From Malacoraja senta (Eukaryota), in assembly GCA_038087875.1 (NCBI GenBank), contig JAXLNO010000087.1, positions 1-64,000 of the forward strand: a DNA stretch of 64,000 nt, given 5' to 3'. Both the position numbers and the translations under genes were made by a program. The number at the start of each line of letters is the position of its first letter. The first letter of the stretch is position 1. The notes beneath the pieces are model-generated. The model ran no database searches. It saw nothing but the letters and a program-made list of their open reading frames with translations, and was not told the origin of the DNA. Of this stretch, positions 36,601-50,551 are shown piece by piece.

Positions 36601-38086
36601 ATCAGTTGCATGGTGCTTTTGTGAACAGCAGCACAAACATTGGGCCACGTGGCCCTTTGAACATTGTAAACCTTGAGAGAGAAGTTTGCGTTGTTGACAA
36701 CTTGCTCTTCTTTCCCACCCTCCAGGTTTGGCGTACTCTGAATCGGTCTCTCCCCTTGCTGGAGCTGGATCTCGCTGCTGTCTCCAGGTACCTGCATTAC
36801 TAATCTTCCCTCTTCTGTGGTCCATGGCCCCAAAACTCTGATCCAGTCAAACAGTGCCCTGCTGATACTGGACCCAGTGGTGAGGTATAGCCCGCTGCTC
36901 CCTCCTTAAACTCCCAGGGATTGCACAAGGCCTGGTCCCCAGTGCTCTGTTGTTCGTGCAGCCTAGGCCCACAGTCAGTGCGGGAGGAAGCCGCCTTCCA
37001 GCTTGGTACTCCAGTGTGTTCCCTGAGCCTGACTGGGTCACTCACTGAGATGAGTGGTGAGTTCCCCAGAGGACCATAGAGTCAAGAGACGACTGACTGT
37101 CAATGCTCGGTTACTCGATCCCGACTGAAGTCATGTTGTAACACCTAAGGGAGGCCTGGTTTGTGTTCCAGGGTCACTGGGGTGATGAAAGAATAGGATC
37201 TCCTTTAGATTTCCCCAGCTGTGTGGCACCGAGGACACTTTTGAAATGTAGTGGAAGGTGGTAGACCGTGGCCAAGCTCGCACGCAGCATAGTGGTGATC
37301 AGCAGACGTGCCCACGTTCAATAAATCTAGATTTCTCTAACTTCAAGTAACCCTCTCTCTCTGTCCCTCCCCCTCTTTAGTCGTTGTACTAGTTTCACTG
37401 TCGTCCTGGTGAGTTTCATTGTCTGTATAATTCGTTAACACCGAGCCCACAGCCAACCAACAATGGACCCTTTCCTTCATCATCGTTACTTTTTTGCATA
37501 TCGTTCATTCATTTGTTCCATATCTCTCTACATCATCGTCTATATCACTTTTTACCTTTCCCCTGACTCTCACTGAAGAAGGGTCTCGACCCGAAACGTC
37601 ACCTATTCCTTTTCTCCAGAGATGCTGCCTGACCCGCTGAGTTACTCCAGCTTTTTGTGTCTATCTTTGCCCATGTTGGTTGTGGGATAAGATTGACTGG
37701 GACAGAGGGGGCTGCTATCCATCCACAACCAGGCAATCTGTCTGTGTTGAAAGGTGATACTCCCTGCTCGGTGGAAGTGTCATTGACAAGTTCCCATTTA
37801 TTTAGTCTGGACACAAAAGGAGGCCATTCAGCCCGTCGTGGTCTCTGGGGTACCCCCATCAGTGCTGTTGTCCCGTTGATATCCCTGCCACCTATTTTTT
37901 CTCGGGTTCCATACAGCTCCCCTGGGTTCTCCCGCCACCAGGGGAGAAGGTCTCTGCAGGGGAGAAGGTCTCTTAGCCTGACGTGGTTCCACAGTATCAG
38001 TGGGTTCCATGTTGGAGAGTCGGAGCTCACTCCGCTTCCACTGATGGCAAGCATCGGGCCCAATGTTGTGTTGCTGTCTCTTTCAG

Positions 38087-38180
38087 AAGAAGCTCTGCCC
38101 CTGGTGTACTGGTGGTTGGGCACAGCCTGGTACCAGTTAACAACGGCCATCTCCTTGATCGATGTCTTAACTCTGTCCAG
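38087..38180 (+). pseudogene. SUN2: SUN2-like hydrophobic-motif exon
   Basis: ctttcag|...|gtacgt, 94 nt. LVYWWLGTAWYQLTTAISLIDVLTLSR closely matches SUN2 LLYWWAGTTWYRLTTAASLLDVFVLTR (recalled sequence). Confidence 0.9.
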
Positions 38181-38325
38181 GTACGTGCTCCGGGGATCCA
38201 CAGACTCCCTTCCTCCACCTGGTCAACTGAAGCAAAGTCACCCATCCCCTCTGCCTCCTCCATCTCCTCCCCACCTCTGTACTGAACACACCCTCCCACA
38301 GGACACCCAGTCACACTGAACCCCC

Positions 38326-39093
38326 GACAATAGACAATAGGTGCAGGAGTAGGTCATTCGGCCCTTCCTTCCATTCAAGGTGATCGTGGCTGATCATCCC
38401 CAATCAGTATCCCGTTCCTGCCTTCTCCCCATATCCCCTGTCTCTGCTATCTTTAAGAGCCCTGTCTAGCTCTCTCTTGAAAGCATCCAGAGAACCTGCC
38501 TCCACCGCCCTCTGAGGCAGAGAATTCCACAGACTCACCACTCTCTATGAGAAAAAGTGTTTCCTCTTCTTCGTTCTAAATGGCTTACCCCTTATTCTTA
38601 AACTGTGGCCCCTGGTTCCCAACTTGACGCCCTTTTCCCAACGTGACGCCATTTAGATAGTAACATGCCTTCCTGTTTTTGCTACCAAAGCGGATAACCT
38701 CACATTTATCCACATTAAACTTCATCTGCCATGCATCTGCCCACTCCCCCAACCTGTCACCCTGCATTCTCATAGCATCCTTCTCACAGTTCACACTGCT
38801 ACCCAGCTTTGTGTCATCTGCAAATTTGCTAATGTTACTTTGAATCCCTGCATCCAAATCATTGATGTATATTGTAAATATCTGCGTTCCCAGCACCGAG
38901 CCTTGCGGTACCCCACTACTCACTGCCTGTCATTCTGAAAGGGACCCGTTAATCGCTACTCTTTGTTTCCTGTCTGCCAACCAATTTTCTATCCATGTGA
39001 GCACTATACCCCCAATACTATGTGCCCTACTTTTGCCCACCATTCTCCTATGTGGGACCTTATCAAATGCTTTCTGAAAGTCTAGGTACATTA
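38326..39093 (-). mobile_element. CR1 LINE fragment with internal deletion
   Basis: YLDFQKAFDKVPH, SGVPQGSVLG and KFADDTK motifs plus 3' UTR. Confidence 0.9.
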
Positions 39094-39425
39094 CATAAAC
39101 CCAACATGGAACAGCCCACACTCACTGTACCCGACAATGCCTTACAACGCTTACAGCGGCAGAGACCCAGATTCCATCCTGACTACGGGTCCTGTCTGTT
39201 CACAGTTTGTGCGTTCTCCCAATGACCTGAGTGGGGTTTTCCCGGTACTTCCAGTTTCCTCCCACACTCCAAAGACGTACAGGTTTGTAGGTTGATTGGC
39301 TCTGTCTCTGTCTCTGTCCTCTGTACAGGACAGAGACACGTGAGAGGCTAGAAGTTGTTATGAAGGGTGGTGTGTGGAAGGTTAGTGGACAGAATAGGCA
39401 GGTGAAAGGCAGAGAACGAGGAGTT

Positions 39426-42400
39426 GGTTTAAACTGCACGTAAAGGGGGCCTGACGGGTAAGGCAGATGAGCTTAGGGCATGGATAGGTACGAGCGACTG
39501 GGACCTTGTAGCCATGACTGAAACCTGGTAAAAGGAGGGGCAGGACTGGCAGCTCAATGTTCCGTGGTACAGGAGCTTCAGGGCAGAGAGGGGTGAGGGA
39601 AAAAGAGGAGGAGACATTACGGACGATTCGTCTAGTGAGGCTATATGGGTGGAGCTGAGGAACAAGAAAGGGATGAATGCCTTGTTGGGGTTGTACTACA
39701 GACGCCCGAATAGTCAACGGGAATTAGAAGAACAAATGTGCCAGGAGATTGCAGACAGCTGGAGGTCAAATAAGGTTGTTGTAGTAGGGGATTTTAACTT
39801 TCCCAATATAGACTGGGAAAATCATAGCGTGAAGGATTTAAATGGGGTGCAATTCCTCAAAAGTGTTCAGGAGAGTTTTCTTAAACAGTATGTAGACGCC
39901 CCCACACGTGAGAGGGCAAAACTGGATCTAGTATTTGGAAATTGGGAAGGCAGGTTAATGAAGTGTGTGTGGAGGATCCTTCTGGGTCCACTGACCACAG
40001 TTGGATTAGGTTTAAGATAGTTATGGATAAGGACGGAGAGGGTCCACGTGTTCAAATGCACAACTGTGGTAAGGCCAACTTTGAGGGTATGAGAGAAGGT
40101 CTCACTCAAGTTGACTGGAGCAGGTTATTAGAGGGGAAAGAAACATGGGCCAAGTGGGATGTTTTTAAGTGCTGACGAAAGCTCAGGATATGTACGTCCC
40201 CGTTAGAGTGAAGGCCAAAGCAGGCAAACGTAAGGAAGCTTGGCTGACGAGGGAAATTGAGACGTTGGTCAAAAACAAGAAGGATGCATGGGACAGGTGT
40301 GGGCAGCTGGGATCAAGTGCATCCCTGGAGGACTTTCGGGAACTAAGGAGTAAACTGAAAAAGGTGATCAGAAGGGCAAAAAGGGGCCAGGAGATAGCTC
40401 TGGTGGGTATCAACAATCCCAAAAGATTTTATAAATACATAAGGGGGAAAAGGGTAACCGGAGAGAGAGTGGGACCTCTCAGGAATCAAAGCAGTCACAT
40501 CTGTGTGAAGCTACAGGAAATGGGCAAGGTCCTCAATGAATATTTCTCCTCTGTATTTACCGAGGAGAAAGACAGTAGGACGGAAGGTGGACAAAAACGC
40601 TGGTGAAACTCAGCGGGTGAGGCAGCATCTATGGAGCGAAGGAATAGGTGACGTTTCTGGTCGAGACCCTTCTTCAGACTGATGTGGAGGTGGGTGGTCG
40701 GGAAGAAGAAAGGAAGAGGCGGAGACAGTAGGCTGTGGGAGAGCTGGGAAGGGGAAGGAAAGGAGGGAGAAAGCAAGGACTACCTGAAATTGGAGAAGTC
40801 AATGTTCATACCGCTGGAGTGTAAACTACCCAAGTGAAATATGAGGTGCTACTCCAATTTGTGGTGGGACTCCTCTGGCCATGGAGGAGGCCCAGGACAG
40901 AAAGGTCGGATTCAGAATGGGATGGGGAGTTGAAGTGCTGAGCGACTGGGAGATCAGGTTGGTTAATGAGAAGTGTGCGGAGGTATTGGGTGAAGCGATC
41001 GCCAAGTCTATGCTTGATCTCACCGATGTAGAGCAGCGGATGCAATAGATGAGGTCGGAGGAGGTGCAGGTCAACCTCTGCTTCATCTGGAAAGACTGCT
41101 TAGGTCCTTGGATGGAGTCAAGGGGGGAGGTAAAGCGACAAGTGTGGCATTTTCTGCGGTTGCAAGGGAAAGTACCAGGGAAGGGGGTGGTTTGGGTGGG
41201 AAGGGACGAATTGACCAGGGAGTTACGGAGGGAGCGGTCTCTGCGGAAAGCTGAAAGGGGAGGAGATGGGAAGATGTGGCCAGTGGTGCGATCCCGTTGG
41301 AGGTGGCGAAAATGTCGGAGGATTATCTGTTATATTTGACAGCTCGGGTGTAGGTGTGGACAATGGGGACTCTACCCTTGTTACAAGTAGGGGGATGGGG
41401 AGTGAGAGCAGAGCTACGGGAAAAAGAAGAGACCCTGGTGAGAGCCTCATCTGTAGACAAAGAGGGGAACTCCCCGTTCCCTAAAGAATGAGGACATCTC
41501 CGATGCCCTGGTTTGGAACACCTCATCCTGGGTGCAGATGCAGTCGTCAATGTAGCGGAGATAGAGGTCGGGGATAGGGCCACGGTTCGACGTACCCTAC
41601 AAAGAGGCAGGCATAGCTGGGGCCCATGCGCGTGCTCATATCTACGCCTTGGATTTGGAGGAGATGGGAGGAGTCAAAGGAAAATTTGGAGGAAATGGGA
41701 GGAGTCAAAGGAAAAGTTATTGAGGGTAAGGACCAGCTCCGCTAGGACAGTAGGACGGAGGAACTTGGAGCAGTCATTGGAAGTGTCTTGAGACCAGTCA
41801 GTGTTACCGTCGAGGAAGTATTGAAGGTACTGTCGAGTTTGAAGGTAGACAAATCTCCGGGACCTGATCAGATATATCCGAGGACATTGCGGGAAACTAG
41901 AGGGGAAATTTACGAGTCGTTTTTAAATACAAGAGAGGTGCTGGAAGACTGGAGGGTGGCAAATGTTGTGCCTCTTTTCAAGAAAGGCTGCAGGGAAAAT
42001 GCTGGGAACTATAGGCCGGTGAGCTTAACATCTGCAGCTGGAAAGTTACTAGAGAGTATTCTGAGGGATAGGTTATACAGGCATTTGGATGGGCAAGGGC
42101 TGATTGGGGATAGTCAGCATGGTTTTATACGTGGGAGGTCGTGTCTCACAGATCTGATTGATTTTTTTTGAAGATGGACCAGAAAGGTCGATGAGGACAG
42201 AGCTGTAGATGTTATGTACATGGATTTCAGTACGACATTCTACAAGGTTCTGCATGGTAGGCTGCTATGGATGGTTAGATCCCATGGGATCCAAGGAAAG
42301 ATAGCTGAATGGATAGCAAATTGGCTCCATGGAAGGAAGCAGAGGGTGATGGTGGAAGGTTGCTTCTCGTGACTAGTCGTGTGCCTCAGGGTTTGGTGAT

Positions 42401-43385
42401 GGGCCCGTTACTGTTTGTCATCTACATCAATGATTTAGATCAGAACATACAGGGCAAGATTAGCAAGTTTGCGGATGATACAAAAGTGAGTGGTTTTGCA
42501 GATAGTGAAGATGGTTGTGAAAGATTGCAGCAAGATCTGGATCAATTGGCCAGGTAGGCTGAGGAATGATTGATGGAATTTAATACAAAGATGTGTGAGA
42601 TGTTGCATTTTGGGATGTCGAACAAGGGCAGGACCTACACAGTAAATGGTAGGCCTCTGGGTAGTGTTGTAGAGCAGAGGGATCTAGGAGTGCAGGTGCA
42701 TGGTTCCTTGAAGGTTGAGTCGCAGGTAGATAAGGTGGTCAAAAAGGATTTGGCACATTGGCCTTCATCAGTCAGAGTTTTGATTGTGGAAACTGGGAGG
42801 TCATGTTGCAATTGTATAAGACGTTGGTGAGACCGCATTTAGAATATTGTGTTCAGTTCGGGGCACCATGTTATAGGAAAAATATTGTCAAGCTTGAAAG
42901 GATTCAGAGAAGATTTACGAGGATGTTGCCAGGACTAGAGGGTGTGAGCTATGGAGAGAGGTTGAGTAGGCTGGGTCTCTATTCCATGGAGCTCAGCGGG
43001 ATGAGGGGAGATCTTATAGAGGTATACAAAATCATGAGAGGAATAGATCGGGTAGATGCACAGTTTCTTGCCCAGAGTAGGGGAATCGAGGACCAGAGGA
43101 CATATGTTCAAGGTGAAGGGGAAAATATTTAATAAGAATCCGAAGGGTAATGTTTTCACACAAAAGATGGTGGGTGTATGGAACAAGTTGCCAGAGGAGG
43201 TAGCTGAGGCTGAGACTATCCAATCGATTTAAAAAACAGTTAGATAGGTACATGGATAGGACAGGTTTGGAGGAATATGGACTAAGCACAGGCAAGTGGG
43301 ACTAGTGTAGCTGGGACATTGTTGGTCGGTGTGGGCAAGTTGGGCCGAAGGGCCTGTTTCCAAACTGTGTCACTTTATGACTCTA
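39426..43385 (+). mobile_element. Long degenerate CR1 LINE ORF2 (APE endonuclease + RT), split by a Penelope insertion
   Basis: YYRRPN, VVVGDFNFPNIDW, KSPGPD, NYRPVSLTS, KFADDTK and LVRPHLEYC motifs in order, with many stops. Confidence 0.92.
40584..41745 (-). mobile_element. Penelope-like element nested in CR1
   Basis: pLTR, EN and deleted RT; TSD GACAGTAGGACGG(A) at 40571-40583 and 41746-41758. Confidence 0.9.
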
Positions 43386-43482
43386 GTCTGTAGGGTAGTG
43401 TTAGTGGGCGGGAATCGTTGGGCCGAAGGACCTGTTTCTGCGCTGTGTCTTTAAACTAAACTTAAAAAATGATAACCCATTT

Positions 43483-43621
43483 ATTGTACCCCAGGTAAAA
43501 CTACCACAGGCCAACCCACTTGTACTACCCCAGATAAACCCACCACAGGCCAACCCACTTGTACTACCCCAGATAAACCCACCACAGGCCAACCCACTTG
43601 TACTACCCCAGATAAACCCAC
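43483..43621. repeat. 39-bp minisatellite, about 3.5 copies
   Basis: Unit ccacaggccaacccacttgtactaccccagataaaccca. Confidence 0.9.
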
Positions 43622-44006
43622 TAGAAACATAGGAAAAACATACAAAAATAGGTGCAGAAGTAGGCCATTCGGCCCTTTGAGCCACGGACTACAAGAGAGC
43701 CTGCCCACACTCTACCCCAGATACATCCATAGAACAGCCCTGTGATACTGCACCCTAGGTTGACTAATCTTTGTACCAGTGTCACCGTGGCTCTGAGCTT
43801 TGGGTGTGTGGACTGATGGTCTGTCAGCAGCGTGGGTCCATGGCGTCTCTGGAGAGAAGGAATGGGTGACATTTCAGGACAACGCCCTTCTTCAGACTCC
43901 AGAGATGCTGCCCGACCCACTGAGTTACGACAGCTTTTTGTATCCATCTCGCTTGAGACGGGGTTGGGTTCAATAGCCGGCTGACTTGTGTGTGTTTCCC
44001 CTCCAG

Positions 44007-44050
44007 GTGTGTCCCTCACGTGAAGAAGTGGGTGCTGCTGGCATTACTGG
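44007..44050 (+). pseudogene. SUN2: SUN2-like transmembrane exon, part 1
   Basis: ccctccag|G TGT...CTG G|gtaagg, 44 nt, phase 2->1; RCVPHVKKWVLLALL. Confidence 0.7.
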
Positions 44051-44349
44051 GTAAGGACCTGTTCCATTTCACATCTCACTTCATCGATCATTGATGTCTG
44101 CAGGACAATATGAAGAGAAAATCTTCACTGAGGGTTGGAGCAATTGAGGCAAAGCATGAGGAGAAACAGTCATGTTGAGAGTAAAGGATTAAAGGTGGAG
44201 GGATTGTGGTGGGCCCAGGGCTGTATTTAACAGTCTGTTTGACAGAACAACACTGGTGAATTTATAGTGTCAACTGAGTATCCCGAGCCCAAGGTTCTTA
44301 TTGGAATTAGAGTGAGGTCCAAGCAGCTGAATTGAGGTTGTGTTATATT

Positions 44350-44970
44350 GTTCATAAATTATAGGAGCAGAATTAGGCCATTTGGCCCATCATGCCTACT
44401 CCACTATTCAATCATGGCTGATCTATCTTTCCCTCTCAACCCCATTTTCCTGCCTGTTCCCCATAACCTCCGACACCCGTACTAATCAAGAATCTTATCA
44501 ATCTCCACCTTAAAAATACTCATTCACTTGGCCTTCACAGACGTCTGTGGCAAAAATTTCCACAGATTCATCACTCCCTAACTAAAGAAATTCCACCTCG
44601 TCTCCTTTCTAAAGGTGCGTGGTTTTGTTCTATGGCTATGGCCTCTGGTCCTAAACTCTCCCAATAGTGGAAACATCCTCTCCACATCCACTCTATCCAG
44701 GCCTTTCACTATTCGGCAAGTTTCAATGAAGACCCTTCTCATCCTACAGCGAATGCAGGTCCAGCGAGTACAGGCCCAGTGTCTACAAATGCTCATCACA
44801 CGTCAACCCACTCATTCCTGAGATCATTCTCGTAAACCTCCTCTGGACCCTCTCTAATGCCAGCATTTCCTTCTTCAGACGTGGAGCCCAAAACCGCTCA
44901 CAATACTCCAAATGTGGTCTGGCCAGTGCCTTATAAAGCCTCAGCGTTACATCCCTGTCTTTATATTCTA
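44350..44970 (-). mobile_element. CR1 LINE 3' fragment
   Basis: KGLDRVDVERMFPL peptide and 3' UTR. Confidence 0.8.
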
Positions 44971-46859
44971 TTATCAGGGTGCTTGTATTTGATAATCTCG
45001 CTGTTCTAACGCGTGCAAAGATGCTAATCTCCAGATTGCTCCCAGTAGCTGGTACAGTGAGTGTAGGTGTGGGAATGGAGTGTGGGTGATGAGTAGGGGA
45101 GTGATGATGCAGGAGGGAGGGTTGTATATTCCTCGGGCACTGGCACTGAGGGCAGGTGGCACCTCGAGGCTGGGACCAATCTCCTCGATGGGTTTGCTAA
45201 CGCCGTTTGGATGGGTTGATATGGTTTGGTTTGGAAGGAAATTTGAGCCAAGATTTTGGGGGGAGATGGGCAGAACAGGGAACGAGGGCATGAAGTTAGT
45301 GAGTGTTTGGGGGAAGAGGAAAGAAAGGCTGGAAAATCCAATGGAGGAATGTGGCTCCACTTGATGCAAGGATTCCATCGAGGGGAAAATGTCAAAGGCT
45401 AGAGGGCGTAGCTTTCAGGTGAGAGTGGCGATGTTTAAAGGAGATATGGCCCCAAAGTTGTTTTTTAAAAGTGGTGGGTGTCTGGAACGTGCTTCCCGGG
45501 ATAATGGTGGAAGCTGATACTTTAGTTGATGGCATCAAGGGTCGGTCATTTTAGTCAATGGGTAACTCACCAGGCTCGGATGAAATGTATCCCAGGATGT
45601 TGAAGGGAGCCAGGGAAGAAATTATAGATGCTCCGACCGTGATATTTTGATTCTTCCTCACTGCAGGAGTAATACTGGAGGATTAGATTACTAACATACG
45701 GTTGTTTAAAAGGGGAGCATGGGAGAGCCCAAGTAATTACAGGCCAGTTGGCTTAACCTGTGGAGGACAAATTATTGGAATTGATTCAACATGGTATAAA
45801 ATTCATTTAGAAGTGAATGATTTTTAGAACTGAGAGTAAGCATGCAGGTACAGCAGGCAGTGAAGAAAGCTAATGGCATGTTGGCCTTCATAACAAGAGG
45901 AGATGAGTATAGGAGCAAAGAGGTCCTTCTGAAGCTGTACGGGGCCCTAGTGAGACCACACCTGGAGTATTGTGAGCAGTTTTGGTCTCCAAATTTGAGG
46001 TAGGACATTCTTGCTAGTGGATGCCAATTCTCTGGATGCTTTCAAGAGAGTTAGATAGAGTTCTTAAAGATAGTGGAGTCAATGGATATGGTGAGAAGGC
46101 AGGAACAGGGTACTGATTGTGGATGATCAGCCATGATCATATTGAATGGCGGTGTTGGCTCGAATGGCCTACTCCTGCACCTATTGTCTATTGTTTAAAA
46201 GTTGAGTTAAGGAGAGATTGTCAGGATGGAGTTCTTGTAGGAAGACCTTGTCTGACTGATGGTTCAATTGTTTGAGTTGGTGACAAAGAATTGATAAGGG
46301 CAGCATGTTTCATGGAGACCATGGTTTTCAGTGAGGTTTTTGGCAAGGTCCCATATGGCAGGCTGGTGAAAAGGTAAAAGGTGAGTGGTACATTGGAACC
46401 AAAATTAGATTTGTGGTAAAAAGCAAAGGTTAATGTGGGGGAAGGAACTGTAGATGCTGGTTTACACCAAAGATAAACACAAAATGCTGGAGTAACTCAG
46501 CGGGTCAGACAGAATCTCTGGATAAAAGAAATAGGTGACGTTTAGTGTCGAGACCCTTCTTCAGACTGAGAGTTGGGGGAAAGGGGAATGAGAGATATAG
46601 ATGGTGATGTAGGGAGATATAGAACAAATGAATGAAAGATATGCAAAAAAGTAACAATGATAAAAGAAACAAGCAAAATATGAGATGTTGTTCCTCCAAT
46701 TTGTGTTTGGCCTCACTCTGACAATGGAGGAGGCCCAGGACAGAAAGGTTAAGTGTGGGAATGGGAAGGGGAATTAAAGTGTTTGGCAACTTTGAGCAGA
46801 CTGAGGCGATGCATACTTTGAATGTTGCTTGCTTCAGTGCAACCTTTCTGCATCTGCAG

Positions 46860-46933
46860 GTATTGGCCTCTTGATGTCATCCACAGGTATCTGTTCTCGT
46901 GCCGAGAAGCTGGGCGCACTGGAAAGCACTCAG
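46860..46933 (+). pseudogene. SUN2: SUN2-like transmembrane/lumenal exon
   Basis: ctgcag|GT ATT...ACT CAG|gtgagc, 74 nt, phase 1->0; GIGLLMSSTGICSRAEKLGALESTQ completes a hydrophobic TM segment. Confidence 0.6.
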
Positions 46934-49385
46934 GTGAGCCCCTGACTGTCCCATCCTTGTGCACTCTCGCTCTTCCTCCTGGAGCCCTTCATCTCCGCAG
47001 GTCACGGCTGCCCGTGAGCAGTCCGGGTGTCAGGGGTTATGGGGAGAAGGCAGGAAAATGGGGTTAGGAGGGAGAGATAGATCAACCATGATTGAATGGC
47101 AGAGTAGATGGACTGAATGGCCTAATTCTGCTCCTATCACTTATGACCTTATTACCCTGGAGCTGCCCTGGCTGCAGGATCCCTCATAGTCCAATCACCC
47201 CTTTCCCACATTCTGGTACAGCCACCAGCGACCCAGTAACTTGCACAATCACAGGAGGTCCTCGGCACAATCATGTCCATCCCTGGGACTCCAGGATAGT
47301 CATGGTGTTGTAGTCATGCAACATGTTGTTAGTTGGCCTTGCCAAGCAAGTTGGCAAACTGGGCTCATTTGGCCCACAGTCCTCTAAACCCTTTGTCAAT
47401 ATTTCTGTCCAAATGTCTTTTCAGAGTGTCAGAAACCAGTGAGTACCTGGTGGATCTTGGCATTCACTGAAACTCTTCCACAGCAGTAGAAGCTTAAAAT
47501 GCATTATAAAATTCCATGTGTGGGTTTTAGTGGGTTGGAAGTTGTTCTTCGTCCTGTCGATGAGAATAGGCTGTCCTCCCTGCCAATACACTTCAATACA
47601 CCATCACTCTTGCCAATCACAATACCGAATACATTTGGCTGACACTCCCTCCTTGTCTATTGTGGATGGGCTTCAATCAGCCATCCCTCCCGGCTTCTCA
47701 CTGTGCCTTTGTCTGGTTGCCCGTTCACTTACACTGGAGGCCTGTCCTCCTGATGCAGCTGATGCTTGCAGTGGGAATGGCATGTAAATAGGCCGCAACA
47801 GTAGTGCAGCTAGTGGCATGTGCTTTGCAGATCTGAAAGGGAAGGGTGGGAGAGAGCATGGGCGGAATTCCCGGGGGGGGTGGGTCACGACCCCCATGTT
47901 TTGAGAGGTGGGGGGCACCTGCACTCCTAGATCCCTCTGCTCTACAACACTACTCAGAAGCCTACCATTTATATGTTTTGTAATCCGGATTTTGAAATTT
48001 GATGAAAAATAATCTATTAAAATCTCCGCTTTCCGTGAGACAGTGGGGGTGTCACTGTGAAGTGCTTGTTAATGGTCTCTAGTAACATCGTATTAACACG
48101 ATGTGTCACCAATTGTGTTTTGACCTTCAAGTATTACTGAAGATATTCACGGAGAATTTCTTAAAGCCGTCTGATGCGGGTACAGTTACCATTTGAACTA
48201 ATTGGATGTATTGGTGAATGGGAAAGATTTAAACGGTTCGAACGGGTTTCCTGGCTGGCTTGCAGGTAAGTCCCTCATTCAGGTCACTCACGTTATTTAG
48301 TATTTTTTTCCCCTCCAAGGTTGTTTCTTCTGTTTGCCTTTATTTGCTTCAGTTTTATTTGTTTAAGTGTTATTTATCACATTGTAGCTTTTGAAAGATT
48401 CAAGAGGGTATCAGAAGTTATGTAAGGGCTGAATCGGCTGATTCATGTGGTCTTTCATCGCCCGGTGCGGCTTAAGATCAATCTGCAGCATCGAGGCGAT
48501 CGAGGCTCCCGATGTTGAAGCCCCCGCCGGGCGATGAAAGGCCCCGCGAACGGGCCGATTCAAGCCCCACGATTCGGGATAGACGAGGCTGCTGTTGCTG
48601 GAGTTCGGAGTCGGTCACCAACCAGGTCAGCTCCCAATGTTACCGTCCACAGGGCCCACGGCCAAAGCCACGCGTGTTTGTGTGCGCGAATGTGTGTGTG
48701 TGCGCATGCGCCTGGCCACCAAGGAATTGTGCCCCACCCCCATGTTTTGATAGCGATTTCCACCCTGGGATAGAGAGAGTACCCAAGGATGACAGCAGGG
48801 GCAGTGCACCTCCTTGAATTCACCCTCTGAATCCCACTCCAGCCTGCCCTAACTGATTTCTGCAGGTTCAGTTTAGTTTAGAGATAGAGCAGTCGTCCAA
48901 GCTCACAACACCACTGTGCATAATTGCACAGACTTGCCAGACATTAAATGCTGGAGTAACTCAGTAGGTCAGGTAGATTCACTGGAGAATGGAATAGGTG
49001 ACATTTCTGGAAGTTCTCGATCCGAAACGTCACCTATTCTTTCTCTCTGGAGATGCTACTTGACCCGCTGAGTTACTCCAGTTTTTGTGTCTATCCGGTT
49101 TAAACCAGCATCTGCAGTTCCCTCCTGTGCATTTTGACAGCTTGCTAGCTGGTTTCTCGACACGAGCCGTGCTGTGCAGCTTTGAGCTCCCCGCCTGCGT
49201 GTGTGGTTTGCACACCCTTCGTTAGCTGCCCGCTTCTGTGTGGCCAGCTCACCTCCCTCGTGAGAAAAATCCATGCGTCAACTTATACTTATTTTGATCC
49301 AAAGCATTCTCGGGATAATCTTTGTCATTTGACAGTTACCGCACATGGTATGGATGTCTGCTCCGGTCAGTAAATGTGGAATCAA

Positions 49386-49693
49386 GGGCAGCACGGTGGC
49401 ATAGTGGTAGAGTTACTGCCTTACAGCGCTTGCAGCACCAGAGACCCGGGATCAATCCTGATTACAGTTGCTGTCTGAATGAAGTTTGTACCTTCTCTCT
49501 GCGTGGGTTTTCTCCGAGATCTTTGGTTTCCTCCCACACTCCAAAAACGTACAGGTTTGTTGGTTAATTGGCTTGGTATAAATTGTCCCTAGTGTGTGTG
49601 GGACAGTGTTAGTGCAGGGGGGTCGCTGGTTGGTGAAGACCCGGTGGGGCAAAGGGCCTGTTTCCTTGCTGTATCTCTAAACTAAACTAAACT
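49386..49693 (+). mobile_element. tRNA-derived V-domain SINE (HE1-like); other copies at about 141-373, 25220-25500, 39140-39300, 63010-63280 (+) and 21845-21963, 23735-23853, 50218-50525, 52355-52635, 58830-59022 (-)
   Basis: A box TGGCATAGTGG, B-like box GGATCAATCC, V-core gggtttt...ggtttcctcccacactcc, and CR1-like tail gggcctgtttcc...(ctaaa)n. Confidence 0.8.
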
Positions 49694-49806
49694 GCACACA
49701 ATCCCCAGGCAGAAAGAAGAGTGAGACTTGAAGCTTTGTGGCTGTGGTTGGGAGGTGTTGGCCAGAGCGGACACCCAGGGGCAAGACTGCGTTTAATTCT
49801 GCACCT

Positions 49807-49885
49807 GAGAGAGAGAGAGAGAGAACACACACACACACACACACACACAGAGACACACACACACACACACAAACAAAACAAAACA
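49807..49885. repeat. Compound (GA)n(CA)n(CAAAA)n microsatellite
   Basis: Direct reading. Confidence 0.95.
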
Positions 49886-50551
49886 AACCCCTCCCCCCCC
49901 CCCTTATCGTCAAGCTCTACCCTCTGGTCTTTGACATTTCCACCCTGGGGAGAAAGTACTTGAGGGTAAAATAGAGGAGAGATGTGAGATAAGTGGAGGA
50001 GAAGGGGTGGGTTGGGGGCAGAGTGAATGGGGTGGAGAGTTGGGGGTTGAGATGGGGTTGCAGGATGGAGAGTTTGCCTGTGTTGGCTGCAGTTGGCCTG
50101 CATTAGGTTGGAGGTGTCCCCCTCCATGCTGTGGAACCTGGCCTTGACAATAAATGTGCGGTGCACGGTCTCATTGAAGGGCGGCGATGGCTATATTCTG
50201 GGTCAGGTTGATATGAAATTTAGTTTAGAGATACAGCGCAGGAACAGGCCTTTTGGCCTACCGGGTCCACACCGACCAGCGATCCCCGCACACTAACACC
50301 ATCCCACACACGCTAGGGACAATTTTACATTAATACTAAGCCAATTAATCTACAAGCCAGTACATCATTGGAGTGTGGGAGGAAACCAAAGATCTCGGAG
50401 AAAGCCCATGCAGGTCACGGGGAGAATGTACAAACTTCATACAGGCAGCATTTGTAGTCAGGATCAAACTCGGGTCTCTGGCGCTGTAAGGCAGCAACTC
50501 TACCACTGCATCACCATACTGCCCAAGCTGACTGTCTTGCTCTGTTCCTAG

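Larger units (their letters stand above)
29715..37666 (+). repeat. Recent ~4-kb tandem duplication (29715-33761 and 33762-37666)
   Basis: Near-identical copies with paired ORFs at offsets 4047 and 3905. They differ by scattered SNPs and minisatellite copy number. Confidence 0.97.

Noticed and set aside
37657..38319. 220-aa ORF as a standalone gene
   Set aside because: Only 38087-38180 is homologous to SUN2 and it is bounded by splice sites; the rest is intronic read-through.
49386..49460. tRNA gene
   Set aside because: The A/B boxes continue into a V-domain and LINE-like tail, so it is a SINE head with no complete cloverleaf.
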